Position numbers and translations under genes: made by a program | Source of the DNA: Nitrospirota bacterium | GTDB lineage: Bacteria > Nitrospirota > Thermodesulfovibrionia > UBA6902 > JAJYJJ01 | Reading direction: 5' to 3' | NCBI GenBank assembly: GCA_021789595.1 | Contig: JAJYJJ010000004.1 | Coordinates: 66,617-130,616 of the forward strand | Length of the DNA stretch: 64,000 bases | Part shown: positions 1-9,819 of the stretch, piece by piece | How positions within the stretch are numbered: position 1 is the stretch's first letter | Layout: each line of letters starts with the position of its first letter | The notes under the pieces: generated by a model | The model's input: only the letters and a program-made list of their open reading frames with translations | What the model was told of the DNA's origin: nothing | Database searches by the model: none

Positions 1-1
1 G

Positions 2-169
2 ATAAAAAGATCGATAATCAAACTGCTTAGGTCATACGAAGAGGTAGATGAAAATATAAGGAAAAAGTTGCAGTCCTATTCGAAAAAAATCGTTGAAGGC
101 AGCCCTGAATGGGATGTCCTCTACCAGAAGTTCTTACATGAAGAGGAGGCGAAAAGGGGCTTTGAGTGA
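2..169 (+). CDS. 3' end of an upstream gene of unknown function (C-terminal fragment ...SPEWDVLYQKFLHEEEAKRGFE*)
   Basis: Open frame runs from the window edge to a TGA at 167-169. There is no recognisable domain. The stop overlaps the GTG start of the next gene. Confidence 0.3.
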   Translation: MKRSIIKLLRSYEEVDENIRKKLQSYSKKIVEGSPEWDVLYQKFLHEEEAKRGFE

Positions 170-2190
170 GCTGGAGTTCTGTATCCCCCTATAATAATCC
201 TTTTGCAAGGTATATCTTCCCACTAATCATCCTATCCCTGTATTCAGGGTTTATCCTTAAGGTTCCTGAACGGTTCCCCTATCCATGGATGGTTATAACA
301 GGTATTACAGCCATCCTCGCGGTAACAGCCTATTTGATAAATAAAGGCAGGTCATTCAGGCCGGAGCTTTACCTTCTTTCCTCCGTCTTCCTATGCCTTG
401 GCACAGTTATAAACATGGTAGGGAAGCCTTGGCTGCCATGGGCATATATCCCTGTTGCAGCTATTATAGCTGTCGTCTTCAACCTGAGGGTTATCCCTCT
501 GTCCTTTGTACTGATTACAATCCTTAACAGGGGAATCCCCTATAGATGGGAAAGGGCAGAGGCTGCTGTGTTTTATGCATCCTTGCTGATATTGCCCTTT
601 GTTATATCCGGGTTTCTCAGCGCAGAACGCAAGAAAAAGGAGGGATTTCAGAGAGACCTTGATCGCATAAAGGCAGAGGCTCATGGGCTTGATATGCATG
701 GAGATAGGGCGCTTGGCTCATTTATTGATGAAAGACATCTTTCACACCTTGTCAGTTCAACGCTTGAGCTTGACAGCGAGCTTACAGAGATTGTTGAACT
801 TGTTGGCATATCCACATCGTCTGATTTTTCAGGTTATTTTTTCTATGAGGGCGATTCCCTCGTTCTCAAGGCATCTTCAGGAAGGTCTTATCCAAAAAAC
901 AGGATCCCGATAGGCGAAAGCTACCTGTCCCTTATTGTGAAGGGAAGGATACCTGTATTGCTTTCAGGATTAAAGGGCAGGCCATTTAATCTCGGTTATG
1001 ACAACACATCTGAGATAAGTTGCTTTCTCGGCGTTCCTGTCCTCGACAGTGGTCTCATTTATGGCGTCCTTGCAATAGACAGTTTAAGGGACAATGCCTT
1101 TGGCGACAGGGAAAAGGATGTCCTTAATCTCTTTGGAAGGCAGATAATCCAGGCACATAAGAGGGCGTCAATACATAGCCAGATAGACAGTTCTGCAATG
1201 GGTTTTAAGGCACTCTACGAGGCGACCTCTGAGCTTAGCTCTGCGGAGTTGAGATTCTCCGATATAACAGAGAAGATTGTTTCCATAGCAGCAGAGATTG
1301 CTCAACCATGCTGTGTTGTGCTGTTTCTTGTTAAAGGCAATGGCCTTGAGGTGGCATCGAAGGTTGGCCTTGATATAAAGGATAAGGAATATACAGCAGA
1401 CGGAACCCTGCTTGAGTGGATAATAAGTAACAGGCAGTCCCTCACTTTTTCTGACATGGCAGAGAAGGATAGGAAAATATTCCCCTTTAAGGTCAAGGAT
1501 ATGAAGTCATTTCTCGGCTTACCATTGACATACGAAGACGAGGTCATTGGAATCCTTACGGTTTTATCGCAGCAGGCAGGGGCATTTCGTTATCAGCAGA
1601 GCCATCTCCTCGGCATCCTCACCAACCATGCTGCAATAGCCCTTGCAAATGCGAGGCTTCACCTCGAGGTAAAGAGGATTGCAATAACAGACGGCCTTAC
1701 AGGGCTTTTCAATCACAGACATTTCCAGGAATGCCTTCAACAGGAATTTGAGCGTCTTGGGAGGTTTTCAGAGCCACTCTCGCTTATGCTTCTTGACATC
1801 GACCATTTTAAAAAGGTAAATGATACATATGGCCATCCTGCTGGAGATGCTGTATTAAAGGGTATTGCACAGATACTCAGAGCAACCTTGAGGGCGGTGG
1901 ATATCCCTGCAAGATATGGCGGCGAGGAATTTGCCGCTATACTTATAGGGACAGACTCTTCAGGCGCAAAGAACATGGCGGAAAGACTCAGAAAGACTGT
2001 TGAGAAGACCGTTTTTCCTGTAGATGGAAGGCCGCTGAAGGTGACGATGAGCATAGGTATATCGAGCTATCCGTCAGATGCCAGGAAAAAGGAAGAACTC
2101 ATTGAAAAGGCAGACCAGGCGATGTATCATGCAAAGAAAAGTGGCAGAAATCATAGCTATCTCTGGAGTGAGATAAGCAGAGAGTCATAG
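166..2190 (+). CDS. membrane-anchored diguanylate cyclase (N-terminal TM helices, GAF-like domains, C-terminal GGDEF)
   Basis: GTG start at 166. Hydrophobic N-terminus. C-terminal GGDEF signature 'RYGGEEFAAIL' with an upstream 'DIDHFKKVNDTYGH' motif typical of diguanylate cyclases. Confidence 0.85.
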   Translation: MSWSSVSPYNNPFARYIFPLIILSLYSGFILKVPERFPYPWMVITGITAILAVTAYLINKGRSFRPELYLLSSVFLCLGTVINMVGKPWLPWAYIPVAAIIAVVFNLRVIPLSFVLITILNRGIPYRWERAEAAVFYASLLILPFVISGFLSAERKKKEGFQRDLDRIKAEAHGLDMHGDRALGSFIDERHLSHLVSSTLELDSELTEIVELVGISTSSDFSGYFFYEGDSLVLKASSGRSYPKNRIPIGESYLSLIVKGRIPVLLSGLKGRPFNLGYDNTSEISCFLGVPVLDSGLIYGVLAIDSLRDNAFGDREKDVLNLFGRQIIQAHKRASIHSQIDSSAMGFKALYEATSELSSAELRFSDITEKIVSIAAEIAQPCCVVLFLVKGNGLEVASKVGLDIKDKEYTADGTLLEWIISNRQSLTFSDMAEKDRKIFPFKVKDMKSFLGLPLTYEDEVIGILTVLSQQAGAFRYQQSHLLGILTNHAAIALANARLHLEVKRIAITDGLTGLFNHRHFQECLQQEFERLGRFSEPLSLMLLDIDHFKKVNDTYGHPAGDAVLKGIAQILRATLRAVDIPARYGGEEFAAILIGTDSSGAKNMAERLRKTVEKTVFPVDGRPLKVTMSIGISSYPSDARKKEELIEKADQAMYHAKKSGRNHSYLWSEISRES

Positions 2191-3248
2191 ACATCATCCA
2201 CTGAGATCTCTTTCAGACATCTAACACCGGTCTTACACCTCGGAGTATAGCCAAATTTTGTGCATGGGCTGCAGGGCAGATGCCTGTTTATTGTTACATG
2301 CCTTTTGTCTCTTGGGGCCCATTTTTCCTCGATGCTAGAGCCAAAAAGGCAAACAGTTGGAGTGCCTACACCATAAGCAATGTGCATTATTCCAGAATCA
2401 GCAGTAATCAGGGCAGATGAATTAGCAATTACAGCCGTTGTCTTTAAGAGGTCTGTCCTGCCGACAAGGTCTAATACACGGCTGTTTATCAAAACGATCC
2501 TTTCTGAATCCCGAAGCTCTGCTTTGCCGCCAATGAGTATCACTTTATATCCATCATTAGAGAGCCTCATGGAAAGCTCGGCAAATCTATCAGTGCCCCA
2601 TCTTTTTTCCATCACAGATGCCCCTGTGAATATTGTGACCACATCCTGCCTCTGTGCCTCTATGGTATTTTTCGCCCATGAGTTTATGTTCTCTGGGACA
2701 CGGATGAACGGCTCATCAGGATTAAAGTCTCCTGCAGGACCCAAGAGAGGGCCGATCAGGTTTAAAAAACTGTATACCTCATAGTCAGAATGACTGTATG
2801 GAATCTTATGTGTAAAAAGCCTCTCACGCTCATTGGTTGCAAAGCCTATCCTTACAGGCGCCTTTGTGAGATAGGCAACAACAGCAGAAAGCCTGTGCCA
2901 CTGCTCTGTATCAATGACTACATTGTATTTGTTTTTGAGGCATCTAAAAATGTCAAACCCTCTGTCATAAAGATAAATTTTGTTTATAGAATTTGAAAGT
3001 CTGAATATGTCTGCATTTCTTTTTTCAGCGAGGATGTCAATAGATGTGCCTGGAAGATTCTCTTTTAGCGTCTGAATTGCAGGCAGAAGAAGCACCGCAT
3101 CGCCGATGCCGCCAGGGCGGATGATGATAATGCGATTTATATTTCCTACAGTATTTTTGGAGGCATAGATAAATCGTATTAAGCTAATCAGTAAGGGTCC
3201 AAAGATTGCATCTAATATCTTTAATGCCTTATTATTCTTGAAAGTCAT
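2157..3248 (-). CDS. glycosyltransferase family 9 (ADP-heptose:LPS heptosyltransferase-like)
   Basis: 'RIIIIRPGGIGDAVLLLPAIQTLKENLPG' N-terminal motif characteristic of GT9 heptosyltransferases. The ORF track begins at a TTG at 3317. The internal ATG at 3248 avoids overlap with the upstream gene and is preferred. Last gene of the pilin/glycosylation operon; its 3' end is convergent with and overlaps the GGDEF gene by 34 nt. Confidence 0.7.
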   Translation of the reverse strand: MTFKNNKALKILDAIFGPLLISLIRFIYASKNTVGNINRIIIIRPGGIGDAVLLLPAIQTLKENLPGTSIDILAEKRNADIFRLSNSINKIYLYDRGFDIFRCLKNKYNVVIDTEQWHRLSAVVAYLTKAPVRIGFATNERERLFTHKIPYSHSDYEVYSFLNLIGPLLGPAGDFNPDEPFIRVPENINSWAKNTIEAQRQDVVTIFTGASVMEKRWGTDRFAELSMRLSNDGYKVILIGGKAELRDSERIVLINSRVLDLVGRTDLLKTTAVIANSSALITADSGIMHIAYGVGTPTVCLFGSSIEEKWAPRDKRHVTINRHLPCSPCTKFGYTPRCKTGVRCLKEISVDDVYDSLLISLQR

Positions 3249-3276
3249 TTTGTAATAAGATAATAAATGTGTATAA

Positions 3277-4323
3277 TTAGTGATAAAATTTTTTGACTTC
3301 GAGCAAGGCAGCCTCAAATTTTTCTTTACTTTTCCTTATGTCGAATTGTTTTGCAGTTTCATAGGCATTATGCAAAATCCTTGAATCAATAATCCTTGAA
3401 TTTATTGTTTCCGAGATTTTTTTAACTAATCCCTTATCATCGCCGATAGGAACAACAATTGCATTATACCCATCAGTAACATATGGGACTGCAGGAGTTG
3501 TTATAACTAAGCAGCCGCAGGCCATAGCCTCAAGAGGGAACAAACCAAATCCCTCGTAGCGCGAGGGGTAAAGGAAGATGTCAGCACTGCTTAATATTCT
3601 TCGCATAACATTATCTTCTGGAGAACCGAGATATCTTGTTGTGCATGGTAAGATATTGTTATATAGTTCATCGCCGCATACCCATACCTCTAATCTATCC
3701 TTAAAATCTACACATAGCTTCTTAAGGACATTGATTGTAATATCAAAACCTTTTCTGTAATGATCACCTCTTGAGAGGATGAATATCGATTTCCTTTCTC
3801 CTTTCTGCTGTACCAAATCAGGGTCGGGGTCACAATAAAACTTATCCATATCTATGCCAGTAGTAGCCGTTATAACTTTTGTTGCGCCATAGTTATCCTG
3901 GAGGGTCTTACTTAATACCTCAGAGTCAGAGATAACACACCCTTTCTTTAACCGTAAGAAAATGAAATATAGCATTTTAATAAGTAATCTAACAAACCTG
4001 TTTTTATAGTACTCAGTATCGTGGGCCTGGGCAAGATAAATGACATTATTTCTCACCCCAACAAACAGGGAAAGATGTATGATGTCTACGATAACAATAT
4101 CCGAATCGAAATCTTTGATTAATCCATATAGCAATGTCCCTATCCTTGTTGGCAATGGTATATGGTTTAGTTCGACTGAGGGATTTATATCAAAGATTGT
4201 ATCAAATTTATCGATATAGAATTTAACCTCATGCCCCCTGTCAACAAGATAATTAGCATATTCAATTACTACCCTATCCCCTCCACGATTCAATAGAGAA
4301 TACCTTATGAATGATATTTTCAA
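3277..4323 (-). CDS. glycosyltransferase family 4 (GT-B, retaining)
   Basis: C-terminal 'EGFGLFPLEAMACGCLVITT' motif typical of GT4/GT1 glycosyltransferases. 348 aa. Confidence 0.8.
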   Translation of the reverse strand: MKISFIRYSLLNRGGDRVVIEYANYLVDRGHEVKFYIDKFDTIFDINPSVELNHIPLPTRIGTLLYGLIKDFDSDIVIVDIIHLSLFVGVRNNVIYLAQAHDTEYYKNRFVRLLIKMLYFIFLRLKKGCVISDSEVLSKTLQDNYGATKVITATTGIDMDKFYCDPDPDLVQQKGERKSIFILSRGDHYRKGFDITINVLKKLCVDFKDRLEVWVCGDELYNNILPCTTRYLGSPEDNVMRRILSSADIFLYPSRYEGFGLFPLEAMACGCLVITTPAVPYVTDGYNAIVVPIGDDKGLVKKISETINSRIIDSRILHNAYETAKQFDIRKSKEKFEAALLEVKKFYH

Positions 4324-4357
4324 TATCTTATCCTCCTATATTTTTCCCATTTCCACG

Positions 4358-5212
4358 TTATTTAGAGTAGATAATTATAGCTAATATTATAATCCACAAT
4401 GATATTGTTGTGGCCAATTGCCTATCTCGGTATATCGCCTCTGTAGGGTCGCCTAACCCTGTTTTTGAGAGCAATATGTATCTAAAAAGCCCAAAGGTTA
4501 TGATGGGGATTGTATAGAATAGACCTTTTGGTTGTTCTATTGAATATAGGCCATATGCGATGAGAGAGGCTGCTCCTGAGATCCACAGGATACCGTCAAG
4601 AAAGCCTGCAGGGTATGATTTAATGCCCATTCTGTGGGCCTCAGGATTTGCATTTATGCTACGGGTCTCACCAATCCTTTTCCCTGCTGCCAGCAATAGA
4701 GAAAGCAGAAAGATACTCAAGAAAAGCCATTTTGATATCTCGATATTAAAGGCTGCTCCTCCTGCCATAACACGGATCACAAAGCCAGAGGCAATGGCAA
4801 ATATATCTAAAAGCACTATGTCTTTAAGGTAAAAGGAATAACAGAGCTGTAGGACAAGATATCCGAACAGATATAGGGCAAATATTTTAGAGACATTGAG
4901 TCCGATAATCACCGATGACACAAAAAGCATGCCTGCGAGGATATGGGCATCTCCTAAAGAAACCTTGCCTGAGGCTATTGCCCTGTTCTTTTTTTTCGGA
5001 TGATTTCTATCAAAGGGCATATCCTTAATATCATTGATTATGTAAGATGCACTTGCCATAAATGAAAAGGAGGAAAATACCGGTATGAATCGCAGGATTA
5101 TTTCGGTGTCGAGTATCTTACCGGCGAAGAAAGGTGCTGAGAATACAAGGAGATTTTTTATCCAGTGTTTCGGCCTGAGGAGAGACAGATAATCACTAAT
5201 TCTTTGTTTCAT
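4358..5212 (-). CDS. UbiA-family prenyltransferase, decaprenyl-phosphate phosphoribosyltransferase-like (polyprenyl-phosphate pentose synthase)
   Basis: Multi-TM protein with an NDxxDxxxD motif ('INDIKDMPFDRNHPKKKNRAIASG') typical of Rv3806c/UbiA-like 5-phosphoribosyl-1-pyrophosphate:polyprenyl-phosphate transferases. Confidence 0.7.
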   Translation of the reverse strand: MKQRISDYLSLLRPKHWIKNLLVFSAPFFAGKILDTEIILRFIPVFSSFSFMASASYIINDIKDMPFDRNHPKKKNRAIASGKVSLGDAHILAGMLFVSSVIIGLNVSKIFALYLFGYLVLQLCYSFYLKDIVLLDIFAIASGFVIRVMAGGAAFNIEISKWLFLSIFLLSLLLAAGKRIGETRSINANPEAHRMGIKSYPAGFLDGILWISGAASLIAYGLYSIEQPKGLFYTIPIITFGLFRYILLSKTGLGDPTEAIYRDRQLATTISLWIIILAIIIYSK

Positions 5213-6932
5213 TCAGTCTCTTTATCAGTTTTCTTGCGGGGTTTGAGAAATATTCATTCGGGGACAATTCAATTGCCTTTTTAAAGTATTCAATTGCCCT
5301 TTTTTTCTCTCCGAGGGCTAAATAGAATTGGCCTGTTCGATATAGATAAAGACCATTCCTGTCAATATCATAGAGCTGCTTTAGGTAGGAGATAATCTCC
5401 GTGTAGAATCGCTTCTGTTTATCCAGGTTCTTTTCTTCCATGAGTTGATTCTCAGTGATCTTTATAACCTTCTGGAGTATCTCTACGGATAGCTGAGGGG
5501 TTGGTTTTTTCTCTAAGAGCCGTAGATACTCCTCTTTTGCCTCTTCAGGCTTCCTTTGCATTGATAAAGTTATGATGTTCATGGACGGCACTTCTTTATA
5601 CTTCACATTTCCTGCAAGCCTTTTAGCTATCCTAAACTGTTCTGATGCCTCTTTGACCTTCCCATTCCTCAATAAGGTAAGACCATAATCGTTTCTTGCT
5701 GCGGCAAAATTTGGAGACTTTTTGACTGTATCTGAGAACAGTGTAAGGTTGCTCTGCCAGACAATATTGCGGTTTACTGTTATTGCAGCAGATGCTATCA
5801 ACAGGATTGCTAATGCCCCGTATATTAGTTCTTTTTTCCACGGTATGCGGTTAATCAGCAATACTATGAGAACAGATACCCCGAAGCTTGATATATAGAG
5901 GTATCTCTCTGCCAACGGAGTCCATGCCATCTTTGACAGGGCAACAGGGATTGCTACTATAAAAAATGGTATAGAAGAGAGGAAGAGGAATGATGATAAT
6001 GTCCTTCGTCTGAGGAATAGATATAGGGCAACCACCGAGGCAATTATTCCAAACCAGAAATAAAGTGTTCTGTTTATCTCTATAATGCCGAAATTAAGGG
6101 GAAGTGGTATGAAGAGCTTCTTGATGTAAAAGCCAAATGCCTTTATGGCACCGCTGATGCTTATTAGGAGACTGCCATTATCTACAGCCCTTGCTGCTGT
6201 TTCAACCCCTGTATCAGCGATATAACCGGAGGCAATGGTTCGCATCAGAAAATATACAGCAGTCATGAACAGAAAAGGAAGAAAAAGCCTGAACCGCCTC
6301 TCAATAACAATGTCTTCGATATGTCGTTCCTTTAAGATAAGGAATAATCCAATTACAGGCAAAAGCCCTATGGCAACCTCCTTTGAGAGAAGTCCCATAA
6401 GATATAATAGAGCAGATATCCAGCACCAGAGGTCATTTTCTATCCCTTTTTTAAGGAAGACCAGAAAAGACATAAATACAAACATCCCTGCAAGCACATC
6501 TGTCCTTCCTGAAATCCAGTTCACAGGCTCTGTATTTACAGGATTGATGATAAAAAATATAGAGGCGAGCATCGGGATATATGGATCAGCAGCAATCCTG
6601 AATATCCTTAACAACTCTTTAACTATGAAAAAGATTAGAACACCATTTGCTGTATGAATAAGCATATTATTAAGGTGCATAAAGGATGCACTGCAGTCAA
6701 ACACGAACCTGTCGAAGAGAAAGGTCAGCGCCAGTAGCGGGCGGTAATAATAGATGGGGTTTCCTGGGAAGAAGATACCCTTCCAATCTACATGATAGGT
6801 ATTCAGTAGGTTTGTTATCATCATGTGGTCATCGACAGTATTGACCTGCCCAAATATAGACGGGTAATACACACCGAGAGAGATGAAGATGATGAACAGG
6901 ATCTTGTATCTGTCAGAAAGCTCAGTCCTCAT
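5196..6932 (-). CDS. GT-C fold membrane glycosyltransferase with C-terminal TPR repeats (TMTC/PMT_2-like; TfpW-like candidate protein O-glycosyltransferase)
   Basis: N-terminal multi-TM domain (about 400 aa) with a first-loop 'VDDHMM' acidic motif and 'YYYRPLLALTF...HLNNMLIHTANGVLIFF' (DUF1736/TMTC-like pattern), followed by TPR-like repeats ('ALGEKKRAIEYFKKAIELSP'). Overlaps neighbouring genes by 11-17 nt, so it is operonic. Confidence 0.6.
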   Translation of the reverse strand: MRTELSDRYKILFIIFISLGVYYPSIFGQVNTVDDHMMITNLLNTYHVDWKGIFFPGNPIYYYRPLLALTFLFDRFVFDCSASFMHLNNMLIHTANGVLIFFIVKELLRIFRIAADPYIPMLASIFFIINPVNTEPVNWISGRTDVLAGMFVFMSFLVFLKKGIENDLWCWISALLYLMGLLSKEVAIGLLPVIGLFLILKERHIEDIVIERRFRLFLPFLFMTAVYFLMRTIASGYIADTGVETAARAVDNGSLLISISGAIKAFGFYIKKLFIPLPLNFGIIEINRTLYFWFGIIASVVALYLFLRRRTLSSFLFLSSIPFFIVAIPVALSKMAWTPLAERYLYISSFGVSVLIVLLINRIPWKKELIYGALAILLIASAAITVNRNIVWQSNLTLFSDTVKKSPNFAAARNDYGLTLLRNGKVKEASEQFRIAKRLAGNVKYKEVPSMNIITLSMQRKPEEAKEEYLRLLEKKPTPQLSVEILQKVIKITENQLMEEKNLDKQKRFYTEIISYLKQLYDIDRNGLYLYRTGQFYLALGEKKRAIEYFKKAIELSPNEYFSNPARKLIKRLNETKN

Positions 6933-7905
6933 TTGCGATCTCGGTAAATAGTTCCTCGAGCCCTTTCCTTACAGGCTCAATCATCTGTATGGATGTCTCT
7001 TTATCCTTTATGACTTCAGACAAGACAGATTCCAGATCCTCCTGTTTTATAATACATGTTGAAAATAATCCCCCCTTGCCTCCCTTTACTAAAAGAGGGG
7101 AGGGGGAATTATCAGGTGAAAAATCTTTAGTTAGCTCTATATCTTCACTTATAGTTTTAAAGAAATTTGCCATATGTCCGGATATAGTGTTGAATGTCAG
7201 AAGGTAGCCTTTGATCCCCTTTGCCATTATGTCCCTTATGGATTCTACAAGCCTGAGCTCTCCTTTTACAATAATCCCAACCCTGTCGCATATTGTCTCT
7301 ATGTCATTCAATATATGGGTGGACATAAATACGCATTTGCCTTTAGACTTTAGATCAAGGATTATGTCCCTGACAAGGATTCTTCCTATAGGGTCAAGGC
7401 CGCTCATCGGTTCGTCCAGTATAAGAATATCTGGGTCATGGATAAGACATTGGGCAAGCCCCAATCTCTGCACCATGCCTTTTGAATAGCCCTTTATCGG
7501 CCTTTTCCTTGCATCATAGAGGTCAAGCAGTTTCAAAAGCCTATCTGAACCTTCAAGAATCGCATCAGCGCTCATCTTAAATGTCCTGCCGACAAAGGAA
7601 AGAAGTTCCTCGCCTGTTAGATAATCATAGAAGCTCGGATTTTCTGAAAGATAACCAGCCATCTTTTTATAACTTAATGATGTCCCTGCAATTCCATTGA
7701 TATAGAATTCTCCTGATGTTGGATAGATAAGGCCCATAAGGAGCTTGATGGTTGTAGTTTTCCCTGCACCGTTTGGCCCAAGAAAGCCAAATACTTCTCC
7801 CTTCTGAACATCGAGGTTCAGGTCTTTGAGTGCATCCACATGTTTGCCTTTTTTACCCTTATATGTTTTACTCAGGCCTTCTGTCTTTATTGCTGTGTTC
7901 AACAT
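6922..7905 (-). CDS. ABC transporter ATP-binding protein (ABC-2 exporter ATPase) with a C-terminal extension
   Basis: Walker A 'GPNGAGKTTT', signature 'YSKGMVQRLGLAQ', Walker B 'ILILDEPMSGLD'. Likely start at internal Met 'MLNTAIKTEGLSKTY' (7905) rather than the ORF-track start at 7953. Confidence 0.85.
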   Translation of the reverse strand: MLNTAIKTEGLSKTYKGKKGKHVDALKDLNLDVQKGEVFGFLGPNGAGKTTTIKLLMGLIYPTSGEFYINGIAGTSLSYKKMAGYLSENPSFYDYLTGEELLSFVGRTFKMSADAILEGSDRLLKLLDLYDARKRPIKGYSKGMVQRLGLAQCLIHDPDILILDEPMSGLDPIGRILVRDIILDLKSKGKCVFMSTHILNDIETICDRVGIIVKGELRLVESIRDIMAKGIKGYLLTFNTISGHMANFFKTISEDIELTKDFSPDNSPSPLLVKGGKGGLFSTCIIKQEDLESVLSEVIKDKETSIQMIEPVRKGLEELFTEIANED

Positions 7906-8746
7906 TCCCTCCAAATGCAAATTTGCTCGTTGTCCGTATTTCCCCCTTTTCACTTATGTAAAATCTTCCTCCATAAGGGTCTTCAGGTATCTTTTTTATT
8001 ATACCTTTATCAGTCAGTTCTTCGATGTTCGATGGTTTACGGTGATAAAGCTCTTCAAACTTCTTTTCTCCTTTTTCTAAAAAGGCGACAGCCTCAAGTG
8101 CCTTCAGCCTAATTTCGAGTGTCTGCTTGACCTTTTGATTCCATGTCTTATCTATCATGAACTTCAGAAAGGAGATGGCAATCCCTGTCTCATCGGATTC
8201 GTATAAAAACCTTGCAGCAAGATTGGTATAGAGCGAGTCGCCTGTGATCCTTGCTGCCTGTTCCATATATTGAGCCGCCTTCTTATAGTCCTTTAAAAAA
8301 TAAAAGTTATTAAACCCTAAAAAAAATGGCAGATAGAAATCCCATGTCCTGTATTTAAGTCCCCTTTCAAGCAGATAATCCACTTCTTTTATCCTCCCAA
8401 GTCCCCATGTAAAGACTGCCTCTGAGAAATAGTAGGAGTCTATGTTATATGGGTCTATGTATGTTGATGCATCGAGGAATCTATACATATTGAAGTATTC
8501 TATATCCTTTTTAGCAAAGGGTTTTTCTGTGTCAAACTTGCCGCCGTAGTATGTAATTACCTTAAAGAACAGCCACTCGCTTATAAGTGGCTTATACTCC
8601 ATGGCAGCAATCCGCAGAATCTGCTTTTGCGGCAGGTAGCCGAGCTTTTCCTCAGCGGGTTTTCCTGAGATATAGGATATTAGCCTACCGTAGATAGGGA
8701 TAATCAGTATTAAAGAGGCAAGCATTACAGCAATAATTCTTTTCAT
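7868..8746 (-). CDS. hypothetical membrane-anchored or secreted protein
   Basis: N-terminal hydrophobic segment 'MKRIIAVMLASLILIIPIY'. No recognisable catalytic motif. Sits between the pilin and the ABC ATPase in the same operon. Confidence 0.45.
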   Translation of the reverse strand: MKRIIAVMLASLILIIPIYGRLISYISGKPAEEKLGYLPQKQILRIAAMEYKPLISEWLFFKVITYYGGKFDTEKPFAKKDIEYFNMYRFLDASTYIDPYNIDSYYFSEAVFTWGLGRIKEVDYLLERGLKYRTWDFYLPFFLGFNNFYFLKDYKKAAQYMEQAARITGDSLYTNLAARFLYESDETGIAISFLKFMIDKTWNQKVKQTLEIRLKALEAVAFLEKGEKKFEELYHRKPSNIEELTDKGIIKKIPEDPYGGRFYISEKGEIRTTSKFAFGGNVEHSNKDRRPE

Positions 8747-8773
8747 AAGGTTTTATGGGTATAATAATAGATA

Positions 8774-8992
8774 TTATGGATATTCCAGATAGTCAGCATA
8801 ATACCATTCCATCATTGCCTTTAAGTTCCTCAAGTCGCTTTGAGCTGCTGCATTATATGCCTTCATTTTATAAGACGAAAACATAGGTAATGCAATTGCT
8901 GCAAGGATAGCTATGATTGCTATGACAACGAGCAGCTCTATGAGAGTAAAGCCCTTATTCCTAAAATTTTTACTATTAGGAGATGTAGACAT
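8774..8992 (-). CDS. pilA: truncated type IV pilin, Geobacter PilA-N (e-pilin)-like, paralog 1
   Basis: Prepilin leader and cleavage/methylation site 'NKG|FTLIELLVVIAIIAILAAIALP'. The mature part is about 58 aa, with about 15% aromatic residues. Strong similarity to the Geobacter PilA core ('FTLIELLIVVAIIGILAAIAIPQF..YRVKAYNSAASSDLRNLK'). Confidence 0.85.
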   Translation of the reverse strand: MSTSPNSKNFRNKGFTLIELLVVIAIIAILAAIALPMFSSYKMKAYNAAAQSDLRNLKAMMEWYYADYLEYP

Positions 8993-9010
8993 GATTTCCC
9001 CCTTCTGATT

Positions 9011-9772
9011 TCACAGCAACTCCCTTCTTCTAAATATAAGGACTGAGATCCCAAGGACTATTATAATATAAAGTATTGCGTATGAAAGGACAGTGAGCAT
9101 ATAAGCAGGAGAGGTTGGAAGGCTGTATATGGCATTGAACTTAAAGTCGAGGGCGGTTAGATTTGGAAAGATATAATAAGCGGTCTTCGATAGATAGATG
9201 CTTGGTGAAGGCAGTTTTGTTCCATGAGGGCTGTTTATGTAATCCATTACAGCCTGTGTCACATTGCCAATGATATAGACCCCCACGGTTGCAAATAGGG
9301 GGAGAAACAGGTTTGTGGAGAAGGATGAGAAAAGGATAGATGCGGATGCTACGATGATTAATGCAATAAATTCAAAAAAGACTGCTGCTATAAAGTTCTC
9401 ATAGGACATCGGGATAGATGATTGATAAAGTCTTGATGCTATTGTTATGCCAATAAGAGAAAAGGCAGAGAGGATGGCAACACCAGAGCCTATAATACCA
9501 GAAAGCCCTAAGAATTTCCCGAGGATAAATGCCTCCCTCGATACAGGCATGGATATAACAGGGTGAGCAAACCTCCTTTCCATATCCCTGTAAACAAGGT
9601 TTACACCGAGGAATATCGTCAGGATAAGGGATACGAATGAGATTATGGAGAGCGATAGGCCGACAGACACCTCTCGAGGTTGTCTCATAGATAAGGAGCT
9701 TATTGCAGGGACAAGGATGATAAAACATAGTATAGAGACCGCTAACAGGGTAATAAATACCTTATCCCTCAT
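9011..9772 (-). CDS. ABC-2 family transporter permease
   Basis: About 6 predicted TM helices, size and hydropathy of ABC-2 permeases. Start placed at internal ATG (9772, 'MRDKVFITLL') because the ORF-track start at 9844 would overlap the upstream terminator hairpin. Confidence 0.7.
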   Translation of the reverse strand: MRDKVFITLLAVSILCFIILVPAISSLSMRQPREVSVGLSLSIISFVSLILTIFLGVNLVYRDMERRFAHPVISMPVSREAFILGKFLGLSGIIGSGVAILSAFSLIGITIASRLYQSSIPMSYENFIAAVFFEFIALIIVASASILFSSFSTNLFLPLFATVGVYIIGNVTQAVMDYINSPHGTKLPSPSIYLSKTAYYIFPNLTALDFKFNAIYSLPTSPAYMLTVLSYAILYIIIVLGISVLIFRRRELL

Positions 9773-9819
9773 GCCGCCTTTAAATGTTATCTTTGCTATC
9801 TCTAAAATAATAACCACCT

